Positions 26,450-32,000 of a stretch of 32,000 nt of DNA are shown here, in pieces (within the stretch, counting starts at the first letter, position 1; the number at the start of each line of letters is the position of its first letter). The position numbers were made by a program, and so were the translations under genes. Source of the stretch: Casimicrobium huifangae (lineage in GTDB: Bacteria; Pseudomonadota; Gammaproteobacteria; Burkholderiales; Casimicrobiaceae); the NCBI RefSeq assembly GCF_009746125.1, contig NZ_CP041352.1, positions 1,626,436 to 1,658,435 of the forward strand. The letters run 5' to 3'. The notes beneath the pieces are model-generated. The model had not been told where the DNA came from. It saw only the letters and a list, made by a program, of their open reading frames with translations, and searched no databases.

Positions 26450-28033
26450 ATGAAGATTGCCAAGCTTGTCACCGCGATTGCGCTCGCATCGTCGGCCGTT
26501 CTGGCGGTAACGCCGGTGCTCGCACAACAAAAGGTGCTCAAGGTCGCGCCGCACGCCTTCCCGGCCAATCTTGACCCGTTCAACGTGACGGCGTACATCA
26601 CGCGCAATCACGGCTACATGGTCTACGACACGCTGTTCGCGACTGACGAGAAGGGGGCGATAAAGCCGCAGATGGTGGACAAATGGGTGGTCAGCCCGGA
26701 TGGCAAGACCTACACCTTCACCTTGCGCGACAAGCTCGAATTCCACGACGGCAAGCCAGTGACGGGCGAGGACTGCGTCGCCTCGATCAAGCGCTGGGGC
26801 GCGCGCGACACTTTTGGCCAGAAGCTGATGACCTTCGTCGACAAGATGGAAGTGGTGGACGCCAAGACTTTCCGCATGTTGCTGAAAGAGCCGACTGGTA
26901 TCGTGCTCGATGCCCTGGGCAAGCCGTCGTCGAACCCGGCCTTCATCATGCCCGCCCGCGTCGCCGCGACCGATCCGTTCAAGGTGATTGACGACTACAC
27001 CGGTTCCGGCCCCTATGTCTTCAAGAAGGACGAGTACAAGCCCGGTGTGCAGTCCATCTACCTCAAGAACACCAAATACGTGCCGCGCAGTGAGCCGCCG
27101 TCCGGTCTCGCGGGTGGCAAGAAGGTGTTTGTTGATCGCATCGAATGGCTCGCGCTGAAGGATGCGCAAACCCAGCTCAACGCCTTGCTCGCCGGCGAGA
27201 TCGACATGATCGAGCAGCCGGCGTTTGAGCAATACCCGCAACTGCGCAAGGACAACCGCGTCAGCATCGTCGACACCGGTACCGTGAACTACCAGTACGT
27301 GATGCGCTTCAACCATCTGGTACCGCCATTCAACAACCCGAAGGTGCGCGAAGCGGCGATGTGGGCGATGAACCAGGAGGCCTTCCTGCGCGCCCAGGTC
27401 GGTCCGGAAAACGAAGGCATGTTCTACACCTGCCCGAGCATGTATCCGTGCGGCACGCCGCTGGCAAGCCCGAAGGGCAGCGATTTCATGGTCAAGGGCA
27501 ACATGGCGAAGGCGCAGCAGCTGCTCAAGGATTCCGGCTACGACGGCAAACCGATTGTCGTGATGCGCCCGACCGATCTGCAGTCAATTCACAAGTTGCC
27601 ATTGGTGGCCACGCAACTGCTGCGTCAGGCCGGTTTCAAGGTTGATCTGATCACCATGGACTGGGGCTCGCTAGTTGCCCGTCGCTCGAAAAAGGACCCG
27701 GCTGATCAGGGCGGCTGGAACATCTTCCTCACCGCCTGGGTAGGCGCCGATATCATGAACCCGCTGACCAGTGCCCCGCTCGGCGGCAATGGTGAAAAGG
27801 GCTGGGCGGGCTGGGCGACCGACGCTGAACTCGAAAAATTGCGCGACCAGTATGCGCGTGCCACGACCGAGGCCGACAAGAAACGTATCGCAGAGGCGGT
27901 GCAGGTGCGCGCCACGCAAGTGGGCACGCACGCGATCCTTGGCGAATACAAGAATCCCGCAGCAGTTCGCAAGAACATCTCCGGCGTGCTGAAAACGGCC
28001 GGCTCAGCGTACTGGAATATCCAGAAGAACTGA
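26450..28033 (+). CDS. ABC transporter substrate-binding protein, family 5 (peptide/nickel/opine type)
   Basis: 527 aa. Signal MKIAKLVTAIALASSAVLAVTPVLAQ; MVYDTLFATDEKGAIKPQMVDKWVVSPDGKTYTFTLRDKLEFHDGKPVTGEDCVASIKRW is typical of SBP_bac_5. Confidence 0.92.
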   Translation: MKIAKLVTAIALASSAVLAVTPVLAQQKVLKVAPHAFPANLDPFNVTAYITRNHGYMVYDTLFATDEKGAIKPQMVDKWVVSPDGKTYTFTLRDKLEFHDGKPVTGEDCVASIKRWGARDTFGQKLMTFVDKMEVVDAKTFRMLLKEPTGIVLDALGKPSSNPAFIMPARVAATDPFKVIDDYTGSGPYVFKKDEYKPGVQSIYLKNTKYVPRSEPPSGLAGGKKVFVDRIEWLALKDAQTQLNALLAGEIDMIEQPAFEQYPQLRKDNRVSIVDTGTVNYQYVMRFNHLVPPFNNPKVREAAMWAMNQEAFLRAQVGPENEGMFYTCPSMYPCGTPLASPKGSDFMVKGNMAKAQQLLKDSGYDGKPIVVMRPTDLQSIHKLPLVATQLLRQAGFKVDLITMDWGSLVARRSKKDPADQGGWNIFLTAWVGADIMNPLTSAPLGGNGEKGWAGWATDAELEKLRDQYARATTEADKKRIAEAVQVRATQVGTHAILGEYKNPAAVRKNISGVLKTAGSAYWNIQKN

Positions 28034-28127
28034 TTCTTGCGCTAACAGCTTTTTGCTGTAGGCCCCGTCTGATCAGGGCTTGAAGCAGTAAATCGGCAAA
28101 AGTCAAGTATTTGCAGAAATACCATCC

Positions 28128-28151
28128 AAGCCCCGCTCCGGCGGGGCTTTT
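28128..28151 (+). terminator. Rho-independent terminator
   Basis: AAGCCCCGC-TCCG-GCGGGGCTTTT between the substrate-binding protein gene and the second amidase gene. Confidence 0.85.
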
Positions 28152-28160
28152 CACTAAAAG

Positions 28161-29567
28161 ATGCTTATGGATTCCCTGTCGTTCCAATCGGTCCGTGAAC
28201 TCTCGGCGCTGCTGGTGTCGCGGCAGCTATCGGCCCGTGAACTGCTTGACGCCTGCCTGACACAGATCGACCGCGTCAATCCGGTCGTCAATGCCATCGT
28301 CACCCAGGATCGCGAGGGCGCCTACGCCAACGCCGACGCCATCGACGCCCGCCGCGCGCAGGGTTTGCCGACGTCGCCGCTGGCGGGGCTGCCGATCGCG
28401 ATCAAGGATCTGGAGCCGGTCAAAGGCATGCGCACCACGATGGGTTCGCCGATTTTCAAGGACTGGGTACCGGACTTCGACACCCTCATGATCGAGCGTT
28501 TCCGCTCGCACGGGTTGAGCATCCTTGGCAAGACGAACACGCCGGAGTTTGGCCTTGGCAGTCAGACCTTCAACGCCGTTTTCGGCGCCACCAAAAACCC
28601 GTGGGACATCACCAAAACCTGCGGTGGCTCATCCGGCGGCGCAGCGGTGGCAGTGTCAACGGGCATGTTGCCGTTCGCCGATGGCTCCGACATGGGCGGC
28701 AGTCTGCGCAATCCGGCCAACTTTTGCGGCACCGTGGGCCTGCGCACGTCGCCGGGCCGCGTGCCGACCTATCCTTCGCTCAATCTCTGGGGCACGCTCG
28801 GCGTGCTCGGCCCGATCGCGCGTACCGCGGAGGATGCCGCGTGGCTGCTGTCGGTGCAGGCGGGCGACGATCCTCGCGTGGCGCTCGGCCGCTGTGGCGA
28901 CCCGACAGTCTTTCGCCAGCCGCTGGACCGTGACTTCAAGGGCGTGCGCATCGGCTGGAGCCCGACGCTGGGCGGATTGCCGGTCGAGAAGGGTGTGCGC
29001 GATGCGCTTGAAAAGTCACTCAAGCGCTTTGAGGCCATCGGCGCCGTGATCGAGGAGGCTGCGCCGGATCTGTCCATCGCCGATGACGCCTTTCAGGCGC
29101 AGCGGGCGTTGCACCTGGTCAATTCACTTGGCGCCCACTATCGGGACAAGCGGCACCTGCTGAAGGACACCGCCGTATGGAATATCGAGCAGGGATTGAA
29201 GCTGACTGGCGAACAGATCGCCGCCGCACAGACCGCACAATCGAAATGCTTTGAGCGCATGCAGCGGTTCCTGAGCCGCTACGACTACTTCATCTGCCCG
29301 GTCAATCAGGTGCTGCCGTTCGACGTGACGATGCCCTACCCGATGACGATTGACGGTGTGCAGTTGGGCAACTATCTCGAATGGATGAAATCCGCCTGCC
29401 GCATCACCATGACTTCGCACCCCGCCGCCAGCGCGCCGGTTGCCTTTGCGGCGAACGGTCTGCCGGTGGGCATGCAGATCGTCGGGCACTATGGCGCGGA
29501 GCTCGAAGTGCTGCAACTCGTGCATGCGGTGCAGTTGCCGCTGGCGGAGCGGATGCCGCCGCTGTGA
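28161..29567 (+). CDS. Amidase signature family protein
   Basis: 468 aa. GLPIAIKDLEPVKGMRTTMGSP, NPWDITKTCGGSSGGAAVAVSTGMLPFADGSDMGGSLRNPANFCGTVGLRTSPGRVP. Confidence 0.93.
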   Translation: MLMDSLSFQSVRELSALLVSRQLSARELLDACLTQIDRVNPVVNAIVTQDREGAYANADAIDARRAQGLPTSPLAGLPIAIKDLEPVKGMRTTMGSPIFKDWVPDFDTLMIERFRSHGLSILGKTNTPEFGLGSQTFNAVFGATKNPWDITKTCGGSSGGAAVAVSTGMLPFADGSDMGGSLRNPANFCGTVGLRTSPGRVPTYPSLNLWGTLGVLGPIARTAEDAAWLLSVQAGDDPRVALGRCGDPTVFRQPLDRDFKGVRIGWSPTLGGLPVEKGVRDALEKSLKRFEAIGAVIEEAAPDLSIADDAFQAQRALHLVNSLGAHYRDKRHLLKDTAVWNIEQGLKLTGEQIAAAQTAQSKCFERMQRFLSRYDYFICPVNQVLPFDVTMPYPMTIDGVQLGNYLEWMKSACRITMTSHPAASAPVAFAANGLPVGMQIVGHYGAELEVLQLVHAVQLPLAERMPPL

Positions 29568-29718
29568 AGCATCTGTTATGCCAGCGTGCTATGCCGCTGT
29601 CGTCGGAAATGTCCGTTTTGCCGGTAATCGTGATGTAACTGCTTGAATCAACGGTGGTCGTCAGGTTTGTCTGGCCATTCATCCGCATAATGACAATGAT
29701 GGAGAGCGGGGCAGGCAA

Positions 29719-30801
29719 TTGAATTCCGTAGCAGTGACGCCGGAGCAGTACCGGGCGCACTATTGGGCGACTGACGCTGAGCAGTGGCGTTTTGCGCTGG
29801 TGCTGTTTCTGGTGCCGACGGTACTGTTCGTCTGGTTCGACTACCAGTTGAACGGCACCACCTGGCTCTTCTACGGATTCGTCGCCATGCGCGTAGCCAT
29901 GGCGAGTTACTCGCTGTTGCTGATCTTCGCGTTGCGACGTTTGCAGAACCGTCGTCTGCTGGAACGACTCCTGTTGCTATGGACGCTCTGCGGCATCACT
30001 GTCTTTGCCCTCAACGCGCTTGGCCGACCACCGGAATTCTTTGGCCACTATGTGTTCGAGGTTTTTGCGCTGATGCTGTTTTTCTCGGCGATGCCGATGC
30101 AGCCGGGCGCACAACTGGCGGTGGGCATCACCTATCTGGTGGTCGCGTTACCGATCCTCTTTTTCTACAAGCAGCCCCCGACAGCGGTGTACACCAGCAA
30201 CACGGCTGCCGTGATGCTGCTGACCGTGATTAGCGGCTACCTGATCGCACGACGGATTCGTGACTATCGCGTCGATGCACTGGTCGCGCAGCTCAAGCTT
30301 GAGCACCAGGCCCGCACCGACGCGCTCACCGGCATTGCCAACCGTCGGGCGTTCCTCGATGCCGCGCATCAGGAGTTATCGCGAGTCAATCGCAGCGAAT
30401 CGCCGCTGACCGTGCTGATGCTCGATATCGATCACTTCAAGAAGGTCAACGACCGCTTTGGGCACGATGTCGGCGACGATTTGCTGGCTGAGTTCGCGCG
30501 TCGCATCGAGAAAGGCTTGCGCGGCTATGACCAGTTCGCCCGGCTCGGCGGCGAAGAGTTCGCGGTGATGTTGCCGGGCTGCAACCTGGAGCAGGCAGTG
30601 GCCACGGCGGAGCGCTTGCGGCACGCCATCAGCGCCGAGCCGTTTGCGGTGCGCGGCAACATCGTACCGATGACGGTGAGCATCGGTGTCGGCATCGTTC
30701 GCGAGTTCGAGATGACCATTGACGGCGTGCTGACCCGCGCCGACACGGCGCTCTACGCCGCCAAAGACAACGGTCGTGACCGGGTGGAAGTGGTCGAATA
30801 G
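29719..30801 (+). CDS. Membrane-anchored diguanylate cyclase (GGDEF family)
   Basis: N-terminal multi-helix hydrophobic region; then ALTGIANRRAFLDAAHQEL…LTVLMLDIDHFKKVNDRFGHDVGDDLL…LRGYDQFARLGGEEFAVMLPG. Has a GGEEF active site and an RGYD I-site at canonical spacing. Confidence 0.93.
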   Translation: MNSVAVTPEQYRAHYWATDAEQWRFALVLFLVPTVLFVWFDYQLNGTTWLFYGFVAMRVAMASYSLLLIFALRRLQNRRLLERLLLLWTLCGITVFALNALGRPPEFFGHYVFEVFALMLFFSAMPMQPGAQLAVGITYLVVALPILFFYKQPPTAVYTSNTAAVMLLTVISGYLIARRIRDYRVDALVAQLKLEHQARTDALTGIANRRAFLDAAHQELSRVNRSESPLTVLMLDIDHFKKVNDRFGHDVGDDLLAEFARRIEKGLRGYDQFARLGGEEFAVMLPGCNLEQAVATAERLRHAISAEPFAVRGNIVPMTVSIGVGIVREFEMTIDGVLTRADTALYAAKDNGRDRVEVVE

Positions 30802-30829
30802 GGCACCGCGGCGCCGCCGCGAGCAATCC

Positions 30830-31747
30830 TCAGGCGCGTGCCGCTGGCGTGATCTGCACGCCACTGGCCATTTCCTGCGCGGTCACCAGCTCGGCCACCA
30901 TGCCATCGCCCAGACCCATCGCGCAGGCCTGCACCAGCGCCTGATGCACGGCTTCGCCGAGCCAGCTGGCCAGTGGCATGCTCTCGGTGAAGTGGGTGTA
31001 GTAGCGCAAGTCCTTGCGCGCGTTGTCGAGCTGAAACTTGAGGCCCTGCATGTCGCCATCCAGCGATTTCGCCATCGCCTGAAACAGGCCTGAATTGACA
31101 CCGCCAGCGCTGACCACCCGAACCAGTTGCTTCGGATCAACGCCGGACTTCACTGCTGCGGCGAAAGCCTCGGCCGTGGCCGTGCAAATCGCCTGAGCGA
31201 TGAAGTTGTTCATCAGCTTCACCTTGTGTCCAGCCCCCGGCGGACCGACGTGAAAGATGTTTTCGCAATAGGCCTTGAGCACCGGTTCGATCTGTGCGAA
31301 CACCGCATCGTTGGCACCAACCATGGTGTTGAGCTTGCCCAGCTCGGCCTCCACCGGCGTGCGCGCCAGCGGCGCGTCAACGAATTCCACTCCGTGCTGC
31401 GCAAAGCGATCGCGCAAGGCGGCTGTGCTGGTCGGCTCGGCGGTCGAGGTGTCGATCACCACCAAACTGCGCCGCGCGGATTCGATGATGCCGTTGCTGC
31501 CGAAGCAGACCGCCTCGACTTCGGGCGAGCCGGTGACGCACAGGATCACGATGTCAGAGGCCGCAGCCACCTCGCGCGGCGACAGCAACTCAACTCCGCC
31601 CAGTGCGATCAGGTCGGCACCGGCGTCCGGGGCGCTACGGCGCTTGAGAAAAGATAGCGATTGGCCTTTGGCGACAATGTTTTTGGCAATGCCGTGGCCC
31701 ATCAGGCCGATGCCGATAACGCCAATACTCGGTGAAGATGCGGTCAT
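30830..31747 (-). CDS. NAD(P)-dependent oxidoreductase, 3-hydroxyisobutyrate dehydrogenase family
   Basis: 305 aa. IGVIGIGLMGHGIAKNIVAKG (Rossmann GxGxMG), VEFVDAPLARTPVEAELGKLNTMVGA, NIFHVGPPGAGHKVKLMNNFI. Confidence 0.9.
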   Translation of the reverse strand: MTASSPSIGVIGIGLMGHGIAKNIVAKGQSLSFLKRRSAPDAGADLIALGGVELLSPREVAAASDIVILCVTGSPEVEAVCFGSNGIIESARRSLVVIDTSTAEPTSTAALRDRFAQHGVEFVDAPLARTPVEAELGKLNTMVGANDAVFAQIEPVLKAYCENIFHVGPPGAGHKVKLMNNFIAQAICTATAEAFAAAVKSGVDPKQLVRVVSAGGVNSGLFQAMAKSLDGDMQGLKFQLDNARKDLRYYTHFTESMPLASWLGEAVHQALVQACAMGLGDGMVAELVTAQEMASGVQITPAARA

Positions 31748-31769
31748 GTGATTGCTGTGAATGCCTGGT

Positions 31770-32000
31770 CTAGAAGCGGTCGCGGTCGCGGTTGACGGTG
31801 TTGTCGTTGCTGGCGACGGTGCCGAGCAGCACTGGTTTCAGGCTGTCGTCAATCGGCTTCGGGCCGAGCCAGATCTGCAGCAATGCCTGGAAGAACGACT
31901 CATCGGTGAAGGTCTCGCCGATCTTCTTGCCGTTGACGAGAATGATCATGCCGGTGCCCGGTATCAGGTCAACCGTGATGCTCTCGCCTTTCTTCAGCGA
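31770..32000 (-). CDS. Chalcone isomerase-like domain protein, C-terminus only (runs off the right edge)
   Basis: Reverse-strand translation of the edge gives SLKKGESITVDLIPGTGMIILVNGKKIGETFTDESFFQALLQIWLGPKPIDDSLKPVLLGTVASNDNTVNRDRDRF*, which matches the chalcone isomerase-like family style (DxxPGTG…INGxxxG…F…ALLxIWLGxxPxDxxLKxxLLG). Confidence 0.8.
   Translation of the reverse strand, partial: SLKKGESITVDLIPGTGMIILVNGKKIGETFTDESFFQALLQIWLGPKPIDDSLKPVLLGTVASNDNTVNRDRDRF

Noticed and set aside
26306-27316. 336 aa minus-strand ORF
   Set aside because: Antisense to the family-5 substrate-binding protein gene. His/Arg/Val-rich shadow translation without motifs.
30148-30864. Minus-strand ORFs under the diguanylate cyclase gene (73 and 162 aa)
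   Set aside because: Antisense shadows of the clear GGEEF domain.
1-32000. Integrase, transposase, toxin-antitoxin, restriction or known defence genes
   Set aside because: I looked through the translated ORFs on both strands and saw no such signatures. The window reads as ordinary chromosomal DNA apart from the exported-protein cluster.

Overview
This is a 32 kb, GC-rich bacterial chromosomal window. Gene content and style suggest Betaproteobacteria, which is an inference. It is almost fully coding, and I see no tRNA, rRNA, CRISPR, transposase or phage signature. From left to right it contains: the start of a YIP1-like membrane protein (minus strand); a minus-strand operon ugpC-ugpB-ugpA-ugpE plus an endonuclease/exonuclease/phosphatase-fold (EEP) enzyme and an exported beta-propeller-like protein; a YkgJ-type Cys-cluster protein; a lipoprotein; type II secretion genes gspD-gspE-gspF; a degenerate receiver/double-DEP protein (minus); a GNAT acetyltransferase overlapping a gamma-glutamyltransferase gene; a four-gene set of large exported proteins; an amidase; an orphan family-5 peptide ABC substrate-binding protein; a second amidase; a membrane-anchored GGEEF diguanylate cyclase; a 3-hydroxyisobutyrate-dehydrogenase-like oxidoreductase (minus); and the end of a chalcone-isomerase-like protein (minus). 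The most interesting region is about 16.0-24.9 kb. Three consecutive exported proteins (class C beta-lactamase-like serine hydrolase, right-handed beta-helix protein, and a possibly cohesin-like beta protein) end in dockerin-like Ca-binding repeats. A fourth protein has Calx-beta repeats and an IPTL/PEP-CTERM-like C-terminal sorting tail. A second notable point is the EEP-fold enzyme translationally coupled (ATGA) to ugpE, at the place where a ugpQ-type phosphodiesterase might be expected.
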